Part shown: positions 9,454 to 19,633 of the stretch, one piece after another | Position numbering within the stretch: the stretch's first letter is position 1 | Layout of the letters: every line of letters begins with the position of its first letter | DNA from: Wolbachia endosymbiont of Drosophila innubila | Lineage (GTDB): Bacteria > Pseudomonadota > Alphaproteobacteria > Rickettsiales > Anaplasmataceae | Reading direction: 5' to 3' | Length of the DNA: 32,000 nucleotides | Assembly (NCBI RefSeq): GCF_021378375.1 | Contig: NZ_CP076228.1 | Coordinates: 900,001-932,000 of the forward strand | Program-made: the position numbers and the translations under genes | Notes under the pieces: generated by a model | Seen by the model: the letters and a program-made list of their open reading frames with translations, nothing else | Told to the model about the DNA's origin: nothing | Databases searched by the model: none

Positions 9454-9732
9454 TTATTCATTTATCAAATCAGATAATTTTTTACTGCTACGAAAATATG
9501 TTTTAAAGTATTGATTCTTTGTAAACTTCTGTAACATTAAATGGCTTGTTTCTTTCAAGTTATAACTTCTAACTGAAAAAGAACCAAACCCCCTAATTTC
9601 AACTCTATTATGATGTTTCAATGTGCTTGAAAGTATCCCAAAAAATCTATCAACTATAGCTGCTATAACAATCTTATCTAAAAAAAGATGTCTTTTTGCT
9701 ACCCTCGCTATTATATCAGACTTTGTTGCCAT
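9454..9732 (-). CDS. ihfB: Integration host factor beta subunit (HU/IHF family)
   Basis: The 92-aa product has the RVEIRGFGSFSVR motif. The gene lies directly downstream of rpsA, as in other alphaproteobacteria. Confidence 0.75.
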   Translation of the reverse strand: MATKSDIIARVAKRHLFLDKIVIAAIVDRFFGILSSTLKHHNRVEIRGFGSFSVRSYNLKETSHLMLQKFTKNQYFKTYFRSSKKLSDLINE

Positions 9733-9760
9733 TTATATGAACCAAAATAAGTAAACCTTA

Positions 9761-11413
9761 TCACTTAGCAGATAATGCTATGTTATATTCTTCAACACCC
9801 AATACTTCAACTTCTATTTTTTCTGATATAGAGAATTTTTTATTCTCTGGTAAATGCTCTTGATCTATTAGAAGGGTTACATCGTTCTCAACTTCAACGA
9901 CTAGTCCATTATCTTCTCTCTTATCTACAATAACCTGTATTTTATCACCTACCTTAACTTTCTTTATCAGTTCTTCAAGAGGATCATACTCTATTTGTTT
10001 TATTCCAAGATAAATTCTTGCCCGATTCACGTTAGCCCTTATTACTTTTGCTTCTATTTTATCACCTACATTATACTTCTTTATCTCATCTGAACCATTT
10101 TTAGACCAACTAAAATCTTTCACATATATTGTCCCTTCTACGTTCTCATCTATTTCAGAAGCACCGAAAGCAACAGATACATATGAGCCGGTATTATTCT
10201 TCACTTCACCAGAAACAATAGAACCAGGAGGATATTTATTGATAAATACTTGCCAAGGGTTGTCTACACACCTTTTCATGCTTAAACTCATCCTACTCTT
10301 AGCAATGTCAATACTGAGAATTTTTACATATACTTCTTGTCCCCTTGTTACGAGACTACTAACTGGTAAATTACTCTTAACCCAAGTTATTTCTGACGAG
10401 TGCACTAAACCTTCAATTCCAGATCTAAGCTCAACAAATAATCCATAATCTTCTATGCTTGTTACATAACCCTTATGCACACTATCAACTAGATATTTTG
10501 ACTCTGCATCTTGCCAAGGGCTATCTTCTAGCTGCTTCACACCCAAGGAAATTTTAGCATTTTCCTTATCTATTTTTATAATTTTAACTTTTATAGTCTG
10601 ACCACAAGTAAAAACTGCAGACGGATGACTTACCCTACTCCAAGAGATATCTGTAATATGTAACAATCCATCTATAACTCCCACTACATCTGATTCATGA
10701 ATACCGACAAATACACCGTAATGAGTGATACTTTTTATTTTCCCTTCTATTATATCGCCTTCATTTAAAGATTCTAAAAATTTAATTTTTTCACCAGCGT
10801 GCAATTTTTCTAACACCAGCTTTCTTGATACTACAATATTGCCCTGCTTCTTATCCATTTTAAGCACGATGAACTTTTGTTCAGTTTCAATAAGGTGCCT
10901 CGCATCTTTTACTTGCTTCAAATCCACATGACTCAGCGGTAAAAAAGCGCTTATTCCGTCACCAAGATCAACAATAAAGCCACATTTAATTGAGCGTTTA
11001 ATAACTCCGCTTACTTCAGCCCTTGTAACTGTATCTTCTTCCAACTTATTCCATTTTTCGTCCCTAATTGCTTTTTCACGACTAAGAACAACATTACCAT
11101 GATAATCTTCAATTCTTTCCACATAAACTCTGATTTTCGAGCCAATAATGACCTCATCATTACAACCGAGTTCCTTGATCAGAATTCTCCCGTCAGATTT
11201 TAAACCAATATCAACCACAACGTCGTTAGGGTTTATTCTTGTAATTACACCTTCTACCACATCTCCTTCTTTAATTTTGTTAACAAAAGAATCTTCAAAC
11301 AAGGTATTATCTTGATCCTCAAATTGGCCTTGACATATCTCTTCTATAAATTTGTTTGATGATAGCTTTCTGATAGTAACCGGTAGATTTACGACTGGAT
11401 TATTATTATTCAT
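9761..11413 (-). CDS. rpsA: 30S ribosomal protein S1
   Basis: The 550-aa product has six repeated S1 OB-fold modules (G.V....GVFV.L..GIEGLVH.SE type). Confidence 0.9.
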   Translation of the reverse strand: MNNNNPVVNLPVTIRKLSSNKFIEEICQGQFEDQDNTLFEDSFVNKIKEGDVVEGVITRINPNDVVVDIGLKSDGRILIKELGCNDEVIIGSKIRVYVERIEDYHGNVVLSREKAIRDEKWNKLEEDTVTRAEVSGVIKRSIKCGFIVDLGDGISAFLPLSHVDLKQVKDARHLIETEQKFIVLKMDKKQGNIVVSRKLVLEKLHAGEKIKFLESLNEGDIIEGKIKSITHYGVFVGIHESDVVGVIDGLLHITDISWSRVSHPSAVFTCGQTIKVKIIKIDKENAKISLGVKQLEDSPWQDAESKYLVDSVHKGYVTSIEDYGLFVELRSGIEGLVHSSEITWVKSNLPVSSLVTRGQEVYVKILSIDIAKSRMSLSMKRCVDNPWQVFINKYPPGSIVSGEVKNNTGSYVSVAFGASEIDENVEGTIYVKDFSWSKNGSDEIKKYNVGDKIEAKVIRANVNRARIYLGIKQIEYDPLEELIKKVKVGDKIQVIVDKREDNGLVVEVENDVTLLIDQEHLPENKKFSISEKIEVEVLGVEEYNIALSAK

Positions 11414-11552
11414 ACCTTTAACTTAAACTTTATTAGAACTCATATATTATATAATATTAACAATTATTGACAAGTAATTTTTCATTAACTCATTTCGAGA
11501 ATTGTTTAAGCTATATAAAATATAGTGAGAAAATTATATATGTATCAAGAAT

Positions 11553-12218
11553 ATGCTATTTAAGAATAGCAAGTGGATTAGATCGTTCTCCAGAAGGTCC
11601 AGGCTAAAACCTGATGTTGATGAAATATTGGAAAAATATTCTATTCAAAACAGCAAGGAATCTATAGAGAAAATTGTAAATTCACAAAAAAGAATATGGG
11701 TAGAAATAGGCTTTGGCAACGGTGAAAATATGCTTTACCAGGTGCTCAATGAACCTGATCTATTATTTATAGGATGTGAGCCCTACTTAAAGGGGGTTTC
11801 TCGCTTGCTAACAAACATAGAAATACAGAACATAAAAAATATTTTAATGTGGACAGAAGATGCAAGAGAATTGATTGCAAATTTTCCTGATAACAGTGTT
11901 GAAAGATTCTTTATTCTCTTTCCAGATCCATGGCCAAAAAGAAGTCACAATAAAAGACGATTAATTAATACGGAATTTTTAAATTTATTAGCAAAAAAAA
12001 TACTTATAACAGGGGAAATATTCATTGCAACCGATCATCAGGACTATGCAGAGTGGATAGCATCACATATAAAGCAGTGTAACTCTTTAATCTATAGGGA
12101 AGACGATTTCACAAGTTATACTCTTACAAAATACCACAGAAGAGCGCTCAAAGATCAGCGTAAAGTGAGGTTCTTTAAAGTAAGTGTTATTAATAATTTG
12201 CAGACTATGGATCAATAG
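11553..12218 (+). CDS. trmB: tRNA (guanine-N7)-methyltransferase TrmB
   Basis: The 221-aa product has the motifs EIGFGNGE and FPDPWPKRSHNKRRL. Confidence 0.85.
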   Translation: MLFKNSKWIRSFSRRSRLKPDVDEILEKYSIQNSKESIEKIVNSQKRIWVEIGFGNGENMLYQVLNEPDLLFIGCEPYLKGVSRLLTNIEIQNIKNILMWTEDARELIANFPDNSVERFFILFPDPWPKRSHNKRRLINTEFLNLLAKKILITGEIFIATDHQDYAEWIASHIKQCNSLIYREDDFTSYTLTKYHRRALKDQRKVRFFKVSVINNLQTMDQ

Positions 12219-12320
12219 AGTTTTTGCATATCTCTTTTACGTTAACTATAGATTAAAAATAATAAAAAAAGAGGGAGAAATAGAGTAAATTCCTTTAACT
12301 ACTTCTCCTTATGAAGGAAT

Positions 12321-12673
12321 AGACTTCTTGCATAACCCAAACTAAGTAGAAAAAAGGTATCATCCAAGTAGCCCCTTTCTCGTCATGCCGCTGCGAATCG
12401 TCATACCGCCGCGGCGCTAACACGTAGCGGGATGATGAGGCTTATCGTCATGCCACCGCGAACCGTCATACCGTCACGGTATCTCTTAGCCGCTAACAAG
12501 TAGCGGGATGACGGTTGTCAGGTTAGCTGTTATCCCAGTTTTTGACACTGGGATGACAACGAAGGGCTACTTGGATGACAGGGAAGGATGCTGGAATGAA
12601 GGTTTTTCAAATTGTCGATAAACCTAAATCTATAATAACTATTTGCCTTTTTTCTAGGTTATGCAAGAAGTCT
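12321..12673. repeat. Composite nested palindromic (MITE-like) element in the trmB-ccmB intergenic region
   Basis: The outer 17-bp inverted repeat is perfect (agacttcttgcataacc 12321-12337 / ggttatgcaagaagtct 12657-12673). The inner 15-bp inverted repeat is tcatccaagtagccc 12360-12374 / gggctacttggatga 12565-12579. The core carries the hairpin units cgtcat(a/g)ccgc.. and ccgctaaca(c/a)gtagcggga, plus atcccagtttttgacactgggatgac. Confidence 0.8.
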
Positions 12674-12694
12674 ACTGAATAACAGTAAGATTTT

Positions 12695-13342
12695 TCAATC
12701 CTGTTCCACAGCAAATTTTAGTGCCATGTGAGTAGTTATGGTGCTGTTAACAATCAAAATAACAAAAACTAAGATGGTGATTAGTAGTGTATAAATATTC
12801 AAGGATAAATTTTCAAATTGAGTTAGCATTTTAAAATACACAAAGGTTGGCATTATCATTGGCAAAACAAGAATTTGCGATACTCCTGATGCTAAGTTGT
12901 TTTGACCAATCATCAATGCATTTCCAGTAGCTGAAATATTAGTGATTATCAGCGTATTAAATAATAAAGACACTCCAACTGCTATTGAGTGTTCAATACT
13001 ATTGCCTAGAATTGCAAAGCTGAATATGGAAGAAATTACTGAAATCGGTAATCCAAATAATAACCAGTGAGCGAAAATTTTATAAGCAACTATAAGCCTA
13101 GAAGAGAGTGGCTGTACAAAGATTTGCTCTAATATTCCATCATGATAATCAGATGTAAACAAATTATTTGTAGAAATCTGCAAAACAAATGTAGCACATA
13201 TCCATGTTAATGTTAACATAACTTCTTGTTTATTGTTGTTTTTAAGTGTAAATGAAGATAAACTTAACATTATGATAAAAATACATACTATATAGGTAAA
13301 GTTCTTATCATCTATTACTAATTTTTTTACTGAGTCGATCAT
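12695..13342 (-). CDS. ccmB: Heme exporter protein CcmB (cytochrome c maturation ABC permease)
   Basis: The 215-aa product is a six-TM protein with the CcmB-like SDYHDGILEQIFVQPLS motif (FxxDxxxGxLEQ). Confidence 0.75.
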   Translation of the reverse strand: MIDSVKKLVIDDKNFTYIVCIFIIMLSLSSFTLKNNNKQEVMLTLTWICATFVLQISTNNLFTSDYHDGILEQIFVQPLSSRLIVAYKIFAHWLLFGLPISVISSIFSFAILGNSIEHSIAVGVSLLFNTLIITNISATGNALMIGQNNLASGVSQILVLPMIMPTFVYFKMLTQFENLSLNIYTLLITILVFVILIVNSTITTHMALKFAVEQD

Positions 13343-13448
13343 ACTAGGCTTTTAAATGTTTATTATAAATTATAGTGTTTACTTTGAGGTAGTATAATTT
13401 TTTGTTCATAAATTATATAGGTTTTATTATTTTTTTGATAATGCAATT

Positions 13449-13841
13449 ATGGAAAAGTTACCAAAAATAAAGTCACCAGAAGATTACACTCCTTCAGAAG
13501 ATGAAGAATATATGAGCGTAAAACAACTGGAATACTTCAGCTTAAAGTTACAATCAATACTCGCTGAGTTAGAGAAACAAGAACTAGAAGATAATAGTAT
13601 TGATACATACTATTCTGATGAAGATAGTGGAAACGAGGAATTAATCAAGCGTCGAAAAGATAGAAAAGAAAAAATTAAGGAGGCGTTAGAAAAAATAAAA
13701 TTAGGCACTTATGGTTACTGCGATGGAACAGGAGAAGAAATAGGAGTCGAAAGACTTAAAGCTAATCCGCTTGCTATATATTGTATTGAAGAGCAAGAGA
13801 GAGTAGAAAAAGAAAAGAACGTGTACAACATTAACGATTAA
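13449..13841 (+). CDS. dksA: DksA/TraR-family RNA polymerase-binding protein (variant zinc-finger)
   Basis: The 130-aa product has an acidic coiled-coil N-terminal part. Its C-terminal YGYCDGTGEEIGVERLKANPLAIYCIEE has the Cx2X-x17-Cx2X spacing of the DksA finger. Confidence 0.7.
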   Translation: MEKLPKIKSPEDYTPSEDEEYMSVKQLEYFSLKLQSILAELEKQELEDNSIDTYYSDEDSGNEELIKRRKDRKEKIKEALEKIKLGTYGYCDGTGEEIGVERLKANPLAIYCIEEQERVEKEKNVYNIND

Positions 13842-13980
13842 TTTACACATAAGTGGTGAGCCCATTGGACTTCAAGAGGAGCAAGAGGCGCTGAAGTATG
13901 TTATGCTATAAAGAAAGTGGAAAATTGGACATTCTCAACTTGACTCCTGCAGATTAAAAATTAAGTTGTATCCGTTCAGG

Positions 13981-15447
13981 CAATGGCGTCAACTTAAGGA
14001 AAAATATCAGCGATAGTGTATAAAATTTCTCTCCAAATTTTTTATCATTAAATTATCCAAAGAGTGCAAGGGACAGCACTTTTGTTTCTATTTTATTGCA
14101 ACAAAAAAGTTTAAAATGTGTCTTTTTTAGGTGAGGCATGCAAAAAGGAAAAGATCTTATCTTACAAATTAAAAATGCAATATACTCGAAAACTTTTCAG
14201 AAAATCCATTGTGTTGAGTTTTACACGAACAAGAAAACTTCCTTTTTCGACAGTATTTTCTATGATTTTAAAGTTAGTTAAAAAAAGTTTGGGAATAGAA
14301 TGTGAACTTATGGAGCCATTGACATGTACCCTCAAAGCAAGCTTTTTCTAAAGCAAGGTATAAGATTTGCCATACAGGCTTTTTCAAGAATTTAAGCATC
14401 CAAACAGCCTATCAGGATGAACCTGAGTTGGAGAGGCTATAGACTTATTGCAGCAGATGGTTCTGGTATGAGATTACCCAGCTCTGGGGAAATTGTATCC
14501 GAGTTTGAACCAAATGGAACAACAGGCACCATTGGCAATTTGTTTGTTGATTTGTGTACTTCATTGATTTGCAGTGCTCGTCTTGCAGCTTGGAATATAG
14601 GTGAACAAACGTTGGCGGCAGAGCAATTACCCGAAGTTATCACTCAAATGCGTTTATTAAATCAAGAGAAATTATTATTTATCTATGATCGTCTTCAGTA
14701 AAATTCATTCAGCAGCATTATAATTTGGAAGTAGATTTTATTTTTCGCTTGCAAAAAAGAAATTATAGTAAGCTATGGGAACGCTGGCGAATTAGATTTT
14801 GATTTTATATTAGAAAATGAAAAGCTAAAAAATAAAATGAAAGGACAGAAAGTAAGAGTTATAGTGCTGACATTAGCCAACTGAGAAACAGAGTTTTTGA
14901 CCGAGACTTTGGAGCAAAGCTTATGTGTTAAGGTGGCACATAGAGGAGTGCTATAAACGACTCAAAGTAGGAGCAGAGTTAGAGAATTTTTCTGGAGAGG
15001 CTGTATTACAAGAATTTTGGGCAAACTTGGTCATGTGCAATATATTATCGCTTCATATGTGTGATGCACAAGGGCCTTGGAACCCAGATCAAATTACTGA
15101 TACCAATTCCCACTGCACAATAAACGGATAGATAACAATGGAAAAAAAAGCCATACTATTGCCTTTCTTTCTCACTCCACAATTAAATAACTCTACAATA
15201 TCGCTTATTTGATTCACTAATAATGAGAATTGGTATGAGTATCGTTTAAATTTTTCAGTTTTATTTGGTGTAATGAGGCAGAAACTCTATCAGGTACTTA
15301 TTGCGCCAAAAAACTTTCAAGCCCTTTTTAAGTATACGCGCTAAAGTTAAAATCCGACCGGGACAGCCGCAATAAAGTAGATAAGCCTAAACGCCATCAT
15401 GTCTTTAGGAGAGTTTGCTAATGAAAGTTCTTAAGTTGACGCCATTG
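13981..15447 (+). mobile_element. IS4-family insertion sequence (1467 bp) with perfect 18-bp terminal inverted repeats
   Basis: The inverted repeats are caatggcgtcaacttaag (13981-13998) and cttaagttgacgccattg (15430-15447). Transposase fragments lie between them. Confidence 0.8.
14118..15420 (+). pseudogene. IS4-family DDE transposase, fragmented by frameshifts and stops
   Basis: The fragments are 14118-14351, 14417-14701 and 14925-15131, plus tail frames. The R-x3-E-x6-K part of the Y-x2-R-x3-E-x6-K signature is seen in LRWHIEECYKRLK. The C-terminal ..RPGR.. like tail is in another frame near 15350-15420. Confidence 0.75.
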
Positions 15448-15640
15448 GCTGTTCCGATTCGTTATATGACATAAGAGCATCATATATTTCATGCAATGTA
15501 TTTGAGATGTTTTTTTCCATATGTTGATTAATATGCCCATATATTGTCGTCTCTTCCGAATACTCTGTATCTTTATGTATATGATTTTGTTGCTTTAATT
15601 CTTCTCTATCTACACTCTCTATTTGCTCTGACACTAGCAT
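15431..15640 (-). CDS. Hypothetical acidic 69-aa ORF whose last codons and stop lie inside the IS4 right inverted repeat (possibly an IS-truncated gene remnant)
   Basis: This is an ORF-track call with no recognisable motif. Its 3' end overlaps IS sequence at 15431-15447. Confidence 0.2.
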   Translation of the reverse strand: MLVSEQIESVDREELKQQNHIHKDTEYSEETTIYGHINQHMEKNISNTLHEIYDALMSYNESEQPMAST

Positions 15641-15770
15641 AACTACCCCATATTTTACATAACGAAATAAAAAATTCTAACTGTAGTATGCTTATATAAT
15701 CTACGAAGTCGATAGTTAAATTGAAAAGTTTCGGTTATAATTTACTTCATATAGAACATGCCCTTGAATT

Positions 15771-17096
15771 ATGCTAAAAATCGCCATAGTAGGCCTACCA
15801 AATGCTGGAAAATCGACCCTATTCAACAGATTAGTAGAAAGAAAAGCAGCAGTAGTGAGTAACATTCCAGGAGTGACAAGGGATAGGCAAGAGGGAATGG
15901 GGAGAATTAGCGATTTGGAGTTTAAAGTTATAGATACAGGAGGATGGAACGACCAAACTAATTTTTCACTACAAGTTATTGAACAAATCGAATTTTCTTT
16001 ATCCAATTCAAACATAATTTTCTTTCTTGTTGATGCAAAAGTGCAAAATGAGCGAAATGAAGAGTTTGCAAAGTGGCTGAAGAGAAAAATAAATAAACCT
16101 GTAATACTAGTAGCAAATAAATGCGAGAGTCATAAATCCGAAAATGTTGATTATTTGCAGTTTTTTGATTTTCTTGGCCCGGTGTATATCTCTGCCGAGC
16201 ATAATCTTGGCATGGTTGATCTTTATGATGCATTAGCTGGTGTTATTGAAAATTTTAACGAGAACACTGAGTTACCTAACAATGAACTGAGTAGGCTGAG
16301 GATCGCGATCATCGGCCGTCCGAATGTTGGAAAATCAACTTTTTTAAATGGTTTACTTGCAGAAAACAGACTAATAACAAGTTCAGAGCCAGGTACCACA
16401 CGTGATTCTGTGGATATTACATATGATCATGATGGAGAGTTAATTACTCTAATTGACACTGCCGGAATCCGCAGAAAGGCGAATGTTGTAGATGGCTTAG
16501 AATCAAGATTTGTTGAGAAAAGCATGGAATCAATCAAGCGCTCTCATGTGGTAGTTTTAATGCTAGACTCCCTAGTTGGTATTGAGCAGCAGGATTTATC
16601 AATTGGTGAAGCTGCAATTAAGGGAGGGAAAGGGATTATTGTTGTTTTAAATAAGTGGGATTTAATAGGTAAGGATGACAGAAGCAGGTTAATAAAATTT
16701 GTCAAACAACAGGAAGTAACCAGGTTATTCTTGGAAGTGCCAACTATAACAATTTCTGCGTTAAAAGGCATGCGCTGCGGTGATGTGATAGATAAGTGTC
16801 TTGAAGTGAGTGAATCCTTGAACAAGAAGATCAGCACTGCAAAACTGAATAAGTGGCTCATAGATGCTGTAGGAAAACATTCTCACCCTCTTGTAAAAGG
16901 CAAAGCAGTTAAAATGAAGTATATCGCTCAAATTGGTACTAAACCTCCAGCTTTTTCTTTGATATGTAACATACCTGAAAGTGTTGATGAAAGTTACAAA
17001 CGCTATTTAATTAACGATCTCAGAAAAAATTTCTTTGCAGACGGTGTGCCAGTTAGATTGCTTTTGAAAAAAAATAAAAATCCCTATGTAAAATGA
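15771..17096 (+). CDS. der: Ribosome-associated GTPase Der (EngA), tandem GTPase domains
   Basis: The 441-aa product has two P-loops (GLPNAGKST, GRPNVGKST), DTGG/DTAG and NKCE/NKWD motifs, and a KH-like C-terminus. Confidence 0.9.
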   Translation: MLKIAIVGLPNAGKSTLFNRLVERKAAVVSNIPGVTRDRQEGMGRISDLEFKVIDTGGWNDQTNFSLQVIEQIEFSLSNSNIIFFLVDAKVQNERNEEFAKWLKRKINKPVILVANKCESHKSENVDYLQFFDFLGPVYISAEHNLGMVDLYDALAGVIENFNENTELPNNELSRLRIAIIGRPNVGKSTFLNGLLAENRLITSSEPGTTRDSVDITYDHDGELITLIDTAGIRRKANVVDGLESRFVEKSMESIKRSHVVVLMLDSLVGIEQQDLSIGEAAIKGGKGIIVVLNKWDLIGKDDRSRLIKFVKQQEVTRLFLEVPTITISALKGMRCGDVIDKCLEVSESLNKKISTAKLNKWLIDAVGKHSHPLVKGKAVKMKYIAQIGTKPPAFSLICNIPESVDESYKRYLINDLRKNFFADGVPVRLLLKKNKNPYVK

Positions 17097-17614
17097 ATAC
17101 TTTGCTTTATACTTTCAGGGATAATTTACTTAAAGTTATGTGTAATAATTCCAGAATTCCTGCAATCTTTCTGCTGTCGAGTGCCGCTGCTCTAATTTTT
17201 GCATATGTGCTAGAATATTTTTTCAACATGCTGCCATGCAAGTTATGTACATACGAGCGAATAGTTTACTATATCGCTGGATTACTTGCAGTAGCGTGCA
17301 TGCTTAAAGACAACAAAATTCTAATCTATGCAATGTTTTGCAGCTACCTCATAGGTGCAGTAATATCTTTTTATCATATAGGTCTTGAACTTCACTTATT
17401 TCATGATGTTTTAGGTTGTACAGAGCAAGCAAGTAGTAACGTTAGTATAGAAGAGCTCAGAAATAATCTACTAAATCCTAATTACTCTCCATCTTGTGAC
17501 AGACCTCATTACGTTCTAGGTGTTTCCTTAGCAACATGGAATCTAATTTATCTCATAGTAGCTCTGTTCGTATCAGGTAAGGTGTATTGTGGAGAAAGAA
17601 AGAAATCTAAATAA
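17093..17614 (+). CDS. dsbB: Disulfide bond formation protein DsbB family
   Basis: The 173-aa product has four TM segments, the PCKLCTYERIVYY (CxxC) motif and a second periplasmic Cys pair. ATGA start/stop overlap with der. Confidence 0.75.
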   Translation: MNTLLYTFRDNLLKVMCNNSRIPAIFLLSSAAALIFAYVLEYFFNMLPCKLCTYERIVYYIAGLLAVACMLKDNKILIYAMFCSYLIGAVISFYHIGLELHLFHDVLGCTEQASSNVSIEELRNNLLNPNYSPSCDRPHYVLGVSLATWNLIYLIVALFVSGKVYCGERKKSK

Positions 17615-18131
17615 TTTAAGGTACAGCAACAATCAGTTCTTGCAACAGGCAATTAGAGTAGATCACGCTGGAGAATATGGAGCTATTTGCATTTATTCTG
17701 GTCAAAAATTTATTCTTAAGAAATCTTCTATAATCAATGAAATAATTGAAATGGAAGAGCAGGAAAAAAAGCATTTTCACTATTTTAATGAGAAAATCAA
17801 AGAGCAAAAAGTTCGTCCTACTGTTTTGTTGCCTGTTTGGCGTGTTTTAGGAGTGTCGCTTGGCGTTGCAACTGCCATTATGGGCAAAAAAGCTGCTATG
17901 GCTTGCACTGCTGCAGTTGAAGAAGTTATCGGGGAGCACTACAAAGAGCAAGTTTCACATTTAGAAGATGGGGAATTAAGAGAAACTATAAGTAAATTTC
18001 GCGACGAGGAGTTAGAGCACAAAGATATTGCAATTCAGCACAATGCTGAAAGCGCATTTGGCTACAACATTTTATCATCATTCATAAAAACAGGCTGCAA
18101 AACTGCTATTTACTTGTCTAAGTTAATTTAA
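17589..18131 (+). CDS. coq7: Demethoxyubiquinone hydroxylase Coq7 (di-iron carboxylate)
   Basis: The 180-aa product has RVDHAGEYGAICIY, and the EExEH-type motif appears twice (MEEQEKKHF, EELEHKD). The likely start is GTG, overlapping dsbB by 26 nt. Confidence 0.85.
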   Translation: MEKERNLNNLRYSNNQFLQQAIRVDHAGEYGAICIYSGQKFILKKSSIINEIIEMEEQEKKHFHYFNEKIKEQKVRPTVLLPVWRVLGVSLGVATAIMGKKAAMACTAAVEEVIGEHYKEQVSHLEDGELRETISKFRDEELEHKDIAIQHNAESAFGYNILSSFIKTGCKTAIYLSKLI

Positions 18132-18355
18132 CTAAGCAGCTTTCTTAAAGTGTTTTAAATGTTCTGATAACAACAGAAACCAGGAAGGAATTCAAGTGTA
18201 ACAATTATTTTATAACTATATTTACATATCACCATTATTAATAAATAATTAGTATTTGTAAATTAAATACATCTAAAGTATAGACTGCAAAGGAGGCAAA
18301 AGTGCGTTTTAATTTAGAAGAGGGAAATGCTCTTATGTAATACCTGCCACAGGTT

Positions 18356-18574
18356 CACAACTGTACGAACATTCATTTTTGAAGGTAAATTGCACAGCAA
18401 ATGGTGTCATTCCAGTCTGGAATCCAGAAATTTTGCTTATAACTGAGCTGATAAGCTAAAGGTAATTGTCTTACACTAAAACAAACGTTTTTAATTAAGT
18501 TGCATAGAACCAGTGTCTGGGCACTGGGATGACACCCCACTGGTGGTCCAAACTACAACGTTCGTACAGTTGTG
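18356..18574. repeat. 219-bp palindromic (MITE-like) element
   Basis: The terminal inverted repeat is cacaactgtacgaacatt (18356-18373) / aacgttcgtacagttgtg (18557-18574), with a 15-bp perfect core. Internal hairpins are gtcattccagtctggaatccag and cagtgtctgggcactgggatgacac. Confidence 0.75.
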
Positions 18575-18584
18575 GATTCCAGAC

Positions 18585-19633
18585 GGCTTTGTTGCATCAC
18601 GCTTTATGAGATGGTGATTTATGGTAAATTCATGTAACTATCTCAAATTTAGCCATACCAATATCAGTGAACTTATTGAGCAAATAGCATTTAACAAGTA
18701 GTTCCTTCTCTCTATTTGTCTCAGATTTATTCCTAAAACTAAACCCGAATGTTTGTTTCAGTCGCGAGAAAAAACTTTCTATATAAGATCTTTTTCCATA
18801 ACTCATCTCTTTTTTCCACTTCTTTATACCATCTTCATCATATGACTTTATGAGCTTGACTGCAGAATTTCTCTCAGCCATATAGTCTAACTTTGGATGC
18901 TCTGCTGCGTTGTTTTTCGGAGGAATTTTCGTTTTTATACCATATTGATTACACAGCTTATAGAGCTTTTCTCTGTCATATGCCCTATCTGCATATAGTG
19001 CTTTTATGGCATGCTGAAAATCAACTTCTTTTAGCAAATCACAAGCTCCATAGTGATCAGCCGTTACTGTATTTTACAGCTATGGCTTTTTTGTTGTTTA
19101 TATTCAACATTACGTGCAATTTTCTCGTTTGCTCATAGCCACGATATTTTCTGTCAGTGCTATTTTCCTTGCTGTGTGTTGTTGTATATACTAATTCCTG
19201 TACTGTCTATAGCAATTTCGATATCTTCCATATTATTTTCTGCAATCATTTATCTTAATATTAAGTTTCTTTTGATGCTTGTGAATAGCTGCAAATCTCT
19301 TCCTATTTGTTGCAAATACCCTTTTATAAACCCGACTGTTTGTCTTAAACCAATTCTAAAGAAACTGACGATTATATGCACCAAAATCACAACTTTATCA
19401 CTATAAATATAGTTGCCGCCCTGCATTTTTGGACAATTCTCGTACCAATTTTCTATGGCGTCATTGATATAACAAAAAATGCTTCCTCTTTCTTGGAGAA
19501 ATTTGTTATATTCATGGCAGTTACTGACTCTCATTTTTTGTGGCATATTTTTTCTTCAACAGTTAAATGGCTATTTATAATGAATTTTGTCAGTAACTGC
19601 CAGTTCTTTTCACTTGAGCGATGCAACAAAGCC
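18585..19633 (-). mobile_element. IS5-family insertion sequence (about 1049 bp)
   Basis: The inverted repeats are ggctttgttgcatc (18585-18598) and gatgcaacaaagcc (19620-19633). Transposase fragments lie on the minus strand. Confidence 0.75.
18630..19546 (-). pseudogene. IS5-family DDE transposase with an in-frame stop and two frameshifts
   Basis: The N-terminal ORF is 19546-19250 and ends in TAA. The same frame then continues as ..IDSTGISIYNNTQQGK. The middle segment NSTDRKYRGYEQTRKLHVMLNINNKKAIAVKYSN is in a second frame. The C-terminal ORF is 19037-18630 (..LYADRAYD...GKRSYIESFFSRLK). Confidence 0.8.

Noticed and set aside
13900-13980. Possible tRNA fragment or att site beside the IS4 left end. 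The segment ctgcagattaaaa is shared in inverse orientation with 24995-25007.
   Set aside because: I could not fold any cloverleaf arm. The shared segment is only 13 nt of AT-rich sequence around a short palindrome, which is not enough evidence.
15716-16861. Minus-strand ORFs 15716-16015, 15976-16233 and 16544-16861.
   Set aside because: All are antisense to the well-supported der GTPase gene, and none has a recognisable motif.
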